Source: Gnetum montanum (Eukaryota; Plantae; Gnetophyta). Taken from it: a stretch of DNA of 64,000 nt. Position 1 is the first letter of the stretch. Each line of letters begins with the position of its first letter. Below the pieces are notes generated by a model. That model was given only the letters and a program-made list of their open reading frames with translations, ran no database searches and had not been told where the DNA came from. Of this stretch, positions 1 through 12,560 are shown one piece after another. A program made the translations under genes and the position numbers. Where the stretch lies: positions 248,001 to 312,000 of the forward strand of contig MNCI01002977.1 of assembly GCA_015680685.1 (NCBI GenBank), given 5' to 3'.

Positions 1-380
1 GATAGGAGAGTAATTCTCCACAACCACTAATTTATTGGTGATGGAGAAGATGCCAGGGTTTAATCTTATCCTAGGAAGACTTTGGTTGGCTTAATTACCG
101 GTTGTGTCTTTACTTATTCACTAAGAGATTTACCTTCCTCATGGGGGAGGTGAAATAATAATCTACTATGATAACATGATCTCCCTAGCTATCAACAATG
201 TAGATATATAGCAAGGGTTTGAAGTGTAGGTTCAAGAGAAAGCTCTTGACCATGATGTCCAACAACCTAAGAGAGTAGAGAAATCCAAAAGTGACAATAA
301 TGAACAATGAGATGTGTTATGGGACAAACTACCTTTCAACATCATTAGTGAAGGGGATGGTGAGTATAGACTTGTGTAGA
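1..380 (+). pseudogene. E1 C-terminal part of gag-protease ORF
   Basis: Translates as TTNFI.MEKMPGFNLILGRLWLA*LPVVSSLIH*EIYLPHGGGEII, homologous to the PR regions at 34740-35021, 44752-45200 and 62316-62639. Confidence 0.85.
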
Positions 381-685
381 ATAGGCCTTACATATTTCCT
401 AACCTTTCCAATATTAGAAAAAACTTATACAAGTGATGTGTACATCTTGATCCTTCCATCCCATGATTTTATGACCGTATAACCATATGTGCTAATAGCC
501 TTTTAGCCTAAATTTTATTTGTTAACTTGTTATGTCTTTTTTGCACATTTTTCTTTTATGCATGTAGCTTGGAAATTTACTTTTATTTACATTTTTATTA
601 ATGGATTTTTCTTTAAAACTAGAAACCCCATAAAAAAAATTTGAAATAGAAAATCTCCAAAAAATATGAGTTTCTTTTCAATGGT

Positions 686-786
686 GACTTGCCATGGCCT
701 AAATCTGGCAACATAACATGGCCCGCCATGTTGTAAAACTAGAAAAATACTTAAACAAGTTGTGCCCACCATAGCCTAAAACTAGA
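686..786 (+). repeat. Pseudoknot-motif array A (3 degenerate units)
   Basis: gact-tgccat-ggcc-taaatc-tggc; ggcc-cgccat-gttg-taaaac-taga; tgcc-caccat-agcc-taaaac-taga. Confidence 0.7.
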
Positions 787-1049
787 AAACATCTCTTTTA
801 TCCTATTTATGATTAGCCTATAATTTCATCGTTTAGCCGTTTAACTTTATAGCCAAGATCAACATAGCCACTTAGAATATTTATAACACTAAAATAATAT
901 TTAGTAAAAATTGAAACCAAAACTTTAAATTTTATAATGTTTATAACATTCATAGCTGTAGCCACACTGTGTGGCAAAATGTCTAAAAAATAATCATCCA
1001 TAACATAGTCTTGGCTAATAATAGTCATCAACAAAAATAAAAACCATGT

Positions 1050-3600
1050 AGCCAACAAGGTGAAGTAGGTAGATGGAGGATGCTAAGGGGCATCTAAAGG
1101 GGGAAGTGATGGGTCATCCCCTTACTACTAGGTCATCAAGGTCTCCTAATGCCTAAAATACAACAACACATAACTAGTCAGTAACCAACAACCAAGACTA
1201 TAACTTAAACAAGACCAAGAATAAAACTAAAACATAAAATACATCAAACTTATGGTGAATCTGGCTCCATAACCTCTGGAGGTAGATGCTGAAGATAATT
1301 CTCTAAACAATGGACAATTTGGTCTTCCAACATATTGGCCTAGTCAATATCTCCAAGATCAACACCTGTGAGGATGTTAGAACTATCCATTTTGGTCCAA
1401 GTAGGTGGTTTCCAAGTGATGGTAGCTACAAAAGACTCACTTGCCATAGTGGTGATCTAAGAAGTAGGAGGTTTTTCCACCATGAACATTCTCTCAAAGA
1501 GTTGGTAGGTACTCTCCACCTAAATTCCCTAGATGAGTAGCTCTCTCTTGCATTGTTCAATTGACTCCTCTTTGAGCCACTTTATGTAGGCCTCCCAATT
1601 AGCGTTATACTATCATTTGTGGTCCTTTTATATCTTACCCCACTCTAGGACCCATGGACTATGGTCTTCCAATCCTCAACCTTTTGGGAGATGAGATCCA
1701 TCTACATCTACTACTCTACCATCTCCCATGAGAGTGACACCTTATCATAGATGGTATGCCAGTAGTGAGCCCACATGATCTCTCTAGTTCGCAAGTTCTC
1801 TAAGTTAGCCACTTGGGCTTCTAGAGAGGCCTTGCATTCCTAGAGATCCCTAACCACCTCTACCTACTATAGGGTCTCCTCCCTCAAGGCCACAACTTGC
1901 TTCCATAGGGTGTTTGTTGGACCTCTTCATCTTCCATGAAGTTTTTACACACAAAATTGCTAGATTAGTAGTAGTTTTGTACAACTTCAAGGGTATACTT
2001 TGTACATTGGAAGAAAGCTTTAGCAAGGTGTTAAGCTCCCTGTCTCGGTTGGGGTCCCACTCCATAGATGACACTATAGGTAACACATAAGCATAAAATA
2101 CAATCATAAACATAGTTTAAAACCTAAGATAGCCATGACATAAACACAACCTATAACATAGCAAAACAACTAAGGCATAGGAAACAAAGTTCTTACCTAT
2201 CTCAAGTGCAACTTGTTGCAACCAATTGATCATGTCCTTGGCCATCCCGTGCATGAACTTCATCTTGTTCAGGACCTCTGCCCATGGTTTTGTGTGAAAT
2301 GTAGGGGCATGGACCTTCATTGGTGACTTAAGAACTACTACAAGCATAACAATCATTGAATAGTTAGAACAAAATCCAAACCTAAAGTCATAGGATATAA
2401 TGAGAAGCATTAAGACATGTGCATACCTAGTTCCTCCTCTAGGATGACAATGAGAGATGCACCTGGTATGGCCTCACCAAACAAGGCATCTAGATCATCT
2501 ATACCTACATTGGCTACCCCTTTAGCCTTGTGTTGTTGTAAGAGTGCCTCCTCTACACACCTTAGTTCTTCCTCCACTATAGTAGCTGCATGCCTTTATG
2601 CTTCCTCCTCCATGGTAGCTTGGGCTACCATGTCTCAACGCTTATATGCAACCATAGCACATGAAACCATAACATAGCCATAAATATTAAAGCATAGATA
2701 AAACTCACCTATGATTGCCTGATGTGACATTTTAAGCTTAAACTTAAGCTTCTTCTTGGTGGGTTGCTCTGACACTAGCGGTGCTTCCTCTAAGTACCTC
2801 TTAAGCTTGGCCTTGGTTACCCTTGTGGCCTCTATATGTAATCATTTGGCTAGCAGGACATTCTTAGGAACTATCAAGGGCTCCTTCCCTATGTTGTTAG
2901 GGAATTCACATCTCCTACCACTAGGATCCTTGGTGGTAACAGATAGCAAATCATCCATCTCATCTAGTGGATTTTGGACTTGCATGGTTAGATGAATATG
3001 ATTTATCCAAGCCTTAGAAAGTTGGTTCAGGTCTTTAGCCATCCATTACCCATTCCTTTACACCATGTGAACTATGCGAACCTCTTTAAATGAATTGCAA
3101 TGAATGCAAAATGCATGTGGATTATGGTAGAGGTATCATCACAGAGTTTGAGAATATCCTTCTAAAGCTCAATAGCCAAGGAAGCTACCTAGTTGAATCT
3201 AGTACCCTATGTTAGGACCTTCTTAAACGTCCACCTCTATGTGATGTTGATTACCTTCTTTTGTGATAGTAGTTTAGGAAATGCATGAGGTTTGAATAAA
3301 TGATAATGTGCCTTTTTTTTGAGATTCATAAAGATACTACAGAATTGGTCCTTACTAGCACTGGGTTAGTCCAAAACATCCTTATGATAGCCTGCTTCCT
3401 TTATTGTTCTAGTGGCAACCTTTGCCCTATTAGTAGGGACACCAAACAAGTTACAAAATGTGCCCTCATCAATGGGTATGGTAATCAAGATGCCTTGAAC
3501 TATAGTGCTAAAATGATCAACTTCTTCTTCGAAGGAGTTGATGATGGTGAACATCTCTAGAGTGGTGATGGAAGGGATAGGTGCCATGAACACATCAAGT
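1050..3600 (-). pseudogene. E1 antisense, intron-containing accessory gene (plant transposon-protein-like N-terminus, coiled-coil C-terminus); decayed, ends approximate
   Basis: MFTIINSFEEEVDHFSTIVQGILITIPIDEGTFCNLFGVP aligns with E2 MVAIINSYSESANDFIMWAHGV*VVFDLTDDFFVNLFEVS. Minus-strand GT..AG introns at about 2708-2625, 2426-2338 and 2196-2074. Confidence 0.7.
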
Positions 3601-4949
3601 AAACTAGAATGTTTAATGTTTGCTTGGATGTTTAAATATTCATTATTAAAAATCTAAATCTAATGAAATGGTAGTCAATAGAAAGCTTAAACATATTACT
3701 AGAAGTCTATAATCTTAGATTACAACAATGGTTAGCTATTTTCTTAATAAAATATTCATAAATTTTCTTGTTTTTTCATCAAAAACATCAAAAAACACAT
3801 AAAATTCACAAAATATAATTTAATATAGTCATAAATTGAAGCCAAAACTGCTATGAAACCTTAAACCCATGTAGAAAACATCAAAATAAGGGATGGGATT
3901 TTGTTGAAGCTTAATTTTGATGAATATTAAGGCCTAGATTTGACAAAAATGGCTTCATCCCCAAATTGATGGAAAAAGCACAAAAACAACAAACCTAATT
4001 TTAAAAAAATCAAATCTACCAAAGCCTGAACAACAAAATAATCTTAGATCTACGTAGAAATAGCCAAAACATGAGGTGGGTTTTCGTAAGAATTCCATTC
4101 TACCCAGTCCCTCAGCATCGATTTAATAAAAATAGTCCCATCCTAGCTAGGGAAACTATAGAAAATGGCTAGAAAACTCAAGACAATATCTAGAATTGGC
4201 CTACCTTGGAGTGGGCATTAAGGATTCTTGGATGAAGACCAGCCTATGAAGCTTGGAGATGTTTCATGTAGCCTTATTGACTTCTAGATCCTTAGGTTTT
4301 TGCTCTTGCCTCCATGCTACTTCATCTTTGCCTCGCCAATGTTGAAAAATTAAGAAAACTAGAAGGGATGAAGCCTCAACATTGGCTAGGAGGAAGATTT
4401 AGTGCTTCTATGTTGAAGGATGGGTGGAATTTGTAGCAAAAAATCTCTTCTAGAGCTCTAGGAAGTATGCTATGGTAGAGAACTAATGGTTTTCCCAACA
4501 CTTAGCAATATAACCATAAAAACCAAAATCAAGATCTAAACATCTACTCCCATGCCCTTGTTGTCAATTGTATGCACCAAAACTCAAAGTGCATTGAAGT
4601 GTAAGGGAGGGTAAGTTTTTGCTATGCTTAGAATGGTGGAAGAAAATACTAAGTTCAAATTTTTGAATTTTTTGTGGCGAGCCCCACCATACTCCTTTCA
4701 TGCAATGTGTTCCAAGCTTGGAAACTCCATCAACACTGGGGTTTTGACCCCTTGGAACACCCAAAATCATGTTTAAGCCTTAATCACCATGCATCTATGC
4801 TTGGCAGAATGGATCCAACTTAGATGCATGCCTCGCACCTTTTAAAACCCCTGAACACTAACTCCCTTGCCATTTTTGGTATATGTGACTTACCCATACA
4901 ACCCCAAGCTCCAAAAGGAGGCTAGATCTTGTTAAAACTTGACATCTTG

Positions 4950-7900
4950 GGCTTCCACATTAGGGAAACATTGCCTACTATGGAGCAAGATGGGTAACAT
5001 CCATACTTGTCCCCTAGTATCCATCTAGTCCAAATTTGATGCCTAGAGTGGGCCCACATAACCTAGAACCCCTTTAGTCACCCCTGGTAGCCCTGAAACC
5101 TCACTAAATCTAGTTGAAAGAGCTTGAAACCTTAGGATTGGATAGGTCCACGTTGGGGGAGCCCTCTTTCACCCTAGTCAATTTGGATCTAACATGGATG
5201 GATGGGGGGATGACCAAAAATACTAAAATTGACTACATAGTAGCTATTTTTCAAACCTAACACTTCTTGATAGCCTTTGATAGCCTAAGTTTGTCTTAAA
5301 GCAAGTTGATTTTGCATACATAACCTTCTCCATGCTAGTGAATTCTCCCTCCATGGTCACCAACATGAAGTTAGCATGGAAGCTAAAGGGGTATGTAATA
5401 AAACCTATATTATTACCAAAAAATATCTTAATAAACTACCCTTGTGACCTCTAGACCTTGGTGAAACCTTCTTGATCCTCCAAGTATCCCAAAATGGATG
5501 AAAATTGGTAGAAAACTATCATCCCCCTCTCATCCACATTGAGGCCACCATGCCCAACATGGAAAAAAGAGGAATGGTTGCATGAGGCACATAGGAACCT
5601 CTAAACTAGTGGATTTTGACATAAAATCTTGATAATTGACATCGACAACCGTGGAGGCTAACATGCATGGTCGATTTACTATCAAAAGAGCCTAGATATA
5701 ACAGTTTTGATTGTTTCACATTGGGGGAGACCTCATCCATGTTGGCTATCATGGATCTAGTGTGGATATAGCCAAGGAGGTTCATGGGAGGTTCTAGATA
5801 CATCAAAATAATGCCAAATTGCCTTGTACTTGTACCAAAACCTTGTCAGCCCTTCCAAAAGCCACTAGACTTCCAAAAATTAACAAAAATAAAATATTTA
5901 AGGACTATTCATGCTAGGGAGGATCCTATCCATGCATGGTTGATTTACTGTCAAAAGAGCCTAGATCTAATATTTTTGATTGTTTCACATAGGGGGAGAC
6001 CTCATCCATGTTGGCTATCATGGATCTAGTGTGGATATAGCCAAGGAGGTTCATGGGAGGTTCCAAATACATCAAAATAATTCCAAATTGCCTTGTACTT
6101 GCACCAAAACCTTGTCGGCCCTTCCAGAAGCCACTAGACTTCCAAAAATTAACAAAAATCAAATCTTTAAGGATTATTCATGCTAGGGATGATCCTATCC
6201 ATGGTACGTAGCATGGAGCTAGTGTGGAACTAGAGGGGTGACTTCTAAAATCACTTAGAAACCCTTTAAATTACCTAATTTTTATTCCAAACTTTAACCC
6301 TTGACCCCTACAACCCTACTATCTTCAAAACCCTATTGAATATTGTCAAAAGTGGTTAAAAGATTAGACTTAAGTGCATCCATGCTAGAGGGGGTTCCTA
6401 TTTGTGCTAAGCATCCTAGCCCTAGTATCAATGGAAGGGGATGAAGCCAAAACTAGTGAAATTTTCATGGAAATTGAGTTCTAGCAGCAACCTAACCCTT
6501 TCAGAAGCCACCAAACTTTTGGAAGTGAATCAAAATAGTTCAAAGTTATCCTCTTATGGTTCTTCATGGTGGGGAGGACCCTATCCACACTAGGTAGCAT
6601 AGCCCCATTGTGGATGGAGAGGGCTAAACTAAGAAAACCATCTTACGACCCTCAAACTTACATTATTTTAACCCTAGGCTTCAACAATCAACATTGATAA
6701 CCTTGGAAATGCACATGCATGACCAAAATTGCCAAAAAATAGCAAAAAATGTGCTTCCTTAGCTCTTCCACATTGGCAATAATCTCTTACACATTGGCTA
6801 GCATGGATCTAGCATGAATACTAGGGGTTGACTCATAAATGGCCCATAGACACATCAAACTAACATGAAATAGCCTTGTATGCATCCTAGGATCTTGTTT
6901 GTACATCCTAGAGCCCTCAAACTCTACAAAAATAGCCACAAATAGTAAGAAACTAAACCCCCTTAGATCTTCCTAGTTGAATTCATGCTAGCTAGCATGG
7001 ATCCAATGTGGAAGAAAAGGGGTAACATCAAAAAAATATTAGAAGCATTAAAAACTACAAAAATTTGATATTAAACCCTAGCCCTTAATCTTGGCAACTT
7101 TGGGAGTTAACATGCATGGTTGATTATTGTCAAAACTAGCCTAGATATAAGATTCATGATCCATCCACACTAGAGAAGGCCTCTTCCATGCGAGGCAGTG
7201 TAGAACCAACTTTGAAGAGCTACCTTTCCACTTTTTGCATTAGATTGACACTCATGGAGACCAAAAGATTACATTGGAGAAGCCTAAGACCTCATAGCCT
7301 TAAGTTTATGCCTGTTAGTCCTTTTTTTGACCCCTAGATATTGTTAACTCTCATCTTCAATGCTAGAGTAACTCCCCTAGCGTTGATCAAGGGGGGTGTA
7401 ACCTTACATAACCTCAAATAGCCTCCAAACATGACCAAAATCAATCAAAAGCTTAGGAAATCATGATCTACAAACCTAGAGGTCTAGAAACTTGATCAAT
7501 GTGCTTCCAGACCATCACAAAAACAAAGTACAAGAGAACCCCAATTCTTCCATGCTATTTCCATCAAGCTTAATGTGGAAAAAGGATGGAAGCTATCCTA
7601 ACTTGTTTTAACACTCAAAACCCTTTGAAATGACCTCAAAACATAGCTAGGGGATGCACAACTACCAGATCTTGGTCCAAAATTCCTATGCAAACATATT
7701 TGACCCTATTTTGGTCCAAATTAAGATTATTCATGCTGAGCCCCATCCCATCCACACTAGTTAGTGTGGAAACAAGGGGGATGAAGCTTCAAAGTCTACT
7801 TTTTCGTCTTTTTGACCTCCAAAGTAAGTAAATTTGATAGATCTAGCCTTGTGTTTTCTTCCGAAGGCCCTAGAATCCTAACTTTGACCCTTTTGGTGCC

Positions 7901-8130
7901 ATGCAACACATTTTCCTTGGTCTCCAAATAGCTACATTTTGGCCATGTGTTCAAGCTCCAAAGGGAAGTTCCAAGGGTTGAAACTGATGCTAAAACTATT
8001 CCATTCCCTAGTTAACTATGTTGACATGCAAGCCATCAAAAGTGGAAAAATGACCAAAACAAGCCTAGAAAACTACCTGGATGTTCCATCCATGTTAAGG
8101 GTCACCCCTTCAATGCTAGCCAGCATGGAA
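4950..8130. repeat. Ancient ~190-bp period repeat lattice carrying TCCACGCTRG / CYAGCGTGGA motif clusters
   Basis: Clusters start at about 4953, 5147, 5329, 5533, 5715, 5908, 6177, 6379, 6563, 6767, 6971, 7164, 7357, 7549, 7730 and 8089. Confidence 0.7.
5662..6203. repeat. Direct tandem duplication, unit ~269 bp
   Basis: catgcatggtYgatttactRtcaaaagagcctagat at 5662 and 5931; near-identical translations in ORFs 5606-5806 and 5926-6162. Confidence 0.9.
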
Positions 8131-8527
8131 ACAAGGGGGGTCCAACGTAGAAGCATTTAAACCCTTGCTTTTTTAGTCCAAATAGCCCAGAAATAGCCTT
8201 TGTTGATGCCCAAACTTATCCAACGACCTTGTAGCCTTATACCATGGTTGGCTAAGGTCTAAAACTAGCAAAATCAAACCTTTTTTTTACCATGTTTTGA
8301 CCAAGATTCACCATATGTGTCCCACTTTGCCTTATTCAGTCTTATTTTATAATATCATGGCTAGTTTTGAGCATTTTTGCATTGTTGAACTTGTTTGGCC
8401 ACAATACTACTTTTATTTCAATGTGTTGTTTCTTATTATAGCCATGTATGGTCTTGTTTAGCCTTTGATTAGTATTGAATGGTGGGGTTTGACCTTCCTC
8501 AACCACCATTTGGCACCATGTTACCAT

Positions 8528-8667
8528 GGCCTACTAAGGCCTTAAACTAGCATCATAGTATGCTAAGACTTTAAACTGGCATCATGGCTTGCTAAGGCCT
8601 TAAATTGACATCATAGTCCATTAAGACTCTAAATTGGCATCATGGCCCACTATGTCCTTAAACTAGA
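8528..8667 (+). repeat. Pseudoknot-motif array B (5 units, 29-nt period)
   Basis: Stems alternate ggcc/ggcc and agtc/gact around a 6-nt loop, each followed by ttaaac-tRgc-atcat. Confidence 0.9.
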
Positions 8668-9039
8668 AATATTGTGACCTATTGTGACCTTGTTTTGCTT
8701 GTTTGACCTTGTTTTTAGCCTTCTTACCATTGCATCTACCTATCTCTACCTTTTTATAGCCTTATATTACCCTATTTGCATTTTGTTTGGCATTAGAGTA
8801 GCATGTTTTTGCATAATTTTCATAGCCTTTTAGCATTATTTACTTATCTTTACCTAGGTGCCATTTAATGTGCTTATGGTTGACATGCAACATCAAAGTA
8901 CGAGTACCTGGGAGTAGATCACTTTACCATTGAGCCTAAGTGGGCCTCATGGTGATGTTGAATAGAGTATCAACCTCAATTTTCTAGATCTTCAGCCTAA
9001 GGATCTTGTCAACCATGTAGCATTGATAGTGAAACCCTC

Positions 9040-12000
9040 TAGAATGGCTTGAAAACCTAGTCAAAACCATTGACTTAAATGTGAGTCACATAACCAAATA
9101 TTCTCTAGTTGAGGTTCTTGTCACAACACACAGTGGTGAGAAGAAAATGCTAAAACTAAATTCCTCACTGGAATCTCAACAAGCTTAGAACATCACCAAG
9201 GTCCTATAAGACAACATTAAGGTATTCACTTGGTCATATGAAGATATTCCAGGCCTAGATACATGCTTAGTACAACACAACATAATACTAGATCCTAGCA
9301 TTAGACCAGTTAAGCAAAAAGTGCGTAAGATTAGACCTGATTCGGTCTTTGTAGTTTGTGAAGAACTCACAAAACTCTACCAAGTTGGTTTCATTAGGAT
9401 TTTTGACTATGTAGAATGGATGTTCAACATAGTGGTAGTTCCTAAGAAAAATGGGAGTATCCATATTTGCAATGATTTTCAAGACCTAAATTAGCCAACC
9501 ATCAAGGATGACTTTTCTTTGCCTAGTATTGATCAACTTATTGACATGATGGCCAAGCATGTCTTATTGTCCTTTATGGATGGGTTCTCAGGATATAACT
9601 AGATTAATATTAATCTAGAACATTAGCTTAGCATGATCTTCATGACCCCTTGGGGTACCTTTTTCTATACCATGATGCCCTTTATCCTAAATAATGTAGG
9701 AGCAACCTACCAGAGGGCCATGCCATATATGTTTAATGCTTACATAGACATAACTATCAATTCCAAAGTGGCCAACAACCATGCACATGACCTAGGCCTT
9801 GTACTTAAATGATGCCTTAAGTATGAACTTAGGCTCAATTCCAAGAAGTGTGTCTTTAGTGTCAAGACTGGTAAGATGCTTGGCATTGTAGTGTTTGAAG
9901 CAAGGATATTTGTCAATCTTGATAAGGTTAAGGCCATATCAAAGTTAGTAGCTCCTATTAATCTTAAGGAGCTTTGGTGATTACAAGGAAAATTATAATT
10001 TATCCATAGGTTTATCACTAAGCTTACAGAGAAGTTACAATCTATGCAACACTTTCTTAAGTGGTTTACTATGAGTGGACAACACAATGCCAAGAGGCCT
10101 TTGAAAACCTTAAGCAAGAGTTAGCACAACTACCGACAGTTTATCCTCTGTAAGAGGGTAAACTATTTTACATCTACCTTGCTATCTCTAACACATCCAT
10201 TGCCTCTCTACTCTATCAAAAATGTGATGATAAAGCAGAAATGCTAGTGTACTATCTTAGCTATGCATTAATTACCCATAAGACTAGATACACTGAAGTG
10301 AAGAAGTACTATCTAGCACTAGTCTTCTCATTGAAGAAGTGGAGACACTACCTCTTCAAAAGCCAAGCCAACATCATTTGCAAAGACAACGTACTTAGAG
10401 CCATAATGACTAACATCTATGAGAGTAGCTATATAGCCTAATGGAAAGCCATAACAATAGAGTTGAACCTCTAGTACATCTCTCAATTCTCAATGAAAGG
10501 TCAAGATATAGCCATACAACTCACTATTTCAGCTGTTAATGACCATGCAACCATAGATCCTGAGTTCCCTAATGAAAATATCAATACTATTGGCCAAGTG
10601 CCTAAGGGCTATGAGGTAGTCATGCACTTTGACAAAACTTAAATTGCACATGGGACTAGTGCTACCACCATCGTAACATTCCCATTTGGTGAAATCCAAC
10701 CCTTCACCTACCATTTTAGGTTTCCATGCACTAACAACACAATACAGTATGAGGGTTTGATCAAAGGATTGATGGTAGCTTATGACCTAGGAATCAAGTG
10801 ATTAATGATCAAAGGTGATTTTCAACTTGTGGTTAACCAAGAAACCAAAGTCTATGCATGTAAAGCCAAACATTTAAAACCTTATTGTGACCTAGGAAAG
10901 TAATTGTTTCAAAAATTTACATATGTTAATATCCAAAAAATACCTTGAAATAAGAATGCCATAGCCAAATCCATTGCAACATTAGCCATTGGTATGATGC
11001 CAGATGTGTTTAGTAAGTGTCCCATCTTAACTATGGACTACGCTATTCCCATTACACAGAGCACTGAGGATAGCTTTGTGGCTGTAGTTCATACTACTCC
11101 TACTAGGGAGTGGTATGATGATATCAAATTTTACATCATGTATAATGAATATTTGCAAGACCTAACTTCTACTTAAAATAATGTTTTATGTAAATAATCA
11201 AAATAGTATGTCATAGTAGGCGATAACACATTATGTTGATCATCCTATAATGGTGTATTGTTAAAGTGTTTAGGTAAAACCAAAGCTAAAACAGTCCTAG
11301 AGCAGGTTCACGAGGGTGTTTGTGGGGGACATATAGGACCTAGAGCTATGACTACTAAGGTTAAGTGGTTAGGCTATTACTCATTCTACATGGAAAGAGA
11401 CTGCCTATAGAAGGTTAAGATTGATGACACATGCCAATAACATAGCAATCTCATACATGTACCATCGATTGAGTTACACACTACTCAGATCACTTGGGTG
11501 TTCCAATGATGGGGGTTGATATCATTGGACCTATAATGCCTAAGTCTTCCATAGGGCATAACTTCATCATCACCACAATCGAGTACTTGAGGCTATTTCC
11601 CTAAGGAAAATGACATCTAAATAAGTCTGTAAATTTATACTGGATAACATTGTAGCCCATTTTGACATACCCATAACCATAGTTATATATAATGGGCCAT
11701 AATTTATTAGCCAAGGAACAAATGATTTCAATCATGACCTAGGCATTAAGAATTCTTTCTTGTCACCTTATTACCCTCAAGTTAATGGACAAGCTATAGC
11801 AAGCAACAAGGCCATCATCAGGTTACTTAAGAAAATGCTCAACAAGAGTAAGTGCAAGTGGCATGAGTGTCTTCTCCATGCACTTTGGGCCTATTGGACA
11901 ACCTATCATAAAAAAATATTTTAACATCTTATAGCTTGGTTTATGGTTCTGAAGCTATTTTACCTCTTGAATTACATGTACCATCACTTTGAGTAGCCTT

Positions 12001-12337
12001 GTCCAACTTCATCAATGATGAGAAGAGAAATGAGTTGTGGATAGTGAACCTAGATTGGGTGGAGGAGAAACATGTGCAAGCCCTTGCTCATGTTGAGAAG
12101 TATCAAGAGAGGTAGAAATGGTAGCACCACCATAACTTGACCAAGGACAAGATCAAGGAAGCTGACCTAGTCCTCAAAGTCGTCCATGAGCATGTGAATA
12201 AATTCTTAGCCAACTGGGAAGGATCCTTCATAGGTACCAGAGCCTTCAACAACAAAGCATTCAGGATGATAGACATGGATGGAGATGAGTTGGCTTATCA
12301 GGTCAACCATTCCTATCTAAAACCTTATTACATGTGA
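9040..12337 (+). pseudogene. pol: E1 pol: RT (~9100-9950), RNase H (~10140-10500), archaeal-type RNase H (~10610-11000), integrase (~11100-12337); many stops and frameshifts
   Basis: FTWSYEDIPGLD, DDFSLPSIDQLID, SFMDGFSGYN, MPF.LNNVGATYQR, FPCTNNTIQYEGLIKGL (aRH), HEGVCGGH, YYPQVNGQA, NKFLANWEGSF, LKPYYM*. Confidence 0.95.
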
Positions 12338-12390
12338 CCTATACTAGCCACATCATCAATGATGATCAATAAGTGAGCTTTCTTTACTAT

Positions 12391-12560
12391 GACCTATTAA
12401 GGTCTTAAACTAGCAACATAGCCTACTGAGGCCTTAAACTGGCAGTACATCCTATTGAGGTCTTAAACTGACACCATGGTTTGCTATGACCTTAAACTGG
12501 CAACACGGCTTACCGTGGCCTTAAATTGGTTACTTGGGCCCATCATGGCGTTAAACTGAC
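12391..12560 (+). repeat. Pseudoknot-motif array C (6 units), ~50 nt after the INT stop
   Basis: gacc-tattaa-ggtc-ttaaac-tagc; ggtt-tgctat-gacc-ttaaac-tggc; ggct-taccgt-ggcc-ttaaat-tggt and others; 29-30 nt period. Confidence 0.9.

Noticed and set aside
8528-8667. -1 frameshift signal or preQ1-type riboswitch role for the pseudoknot motif
   Set aside because: Units lie outside ORFs with no consistent slippery heptamer; the 6-nt loop is too short for preQ1-I and its conserved residues are missing.
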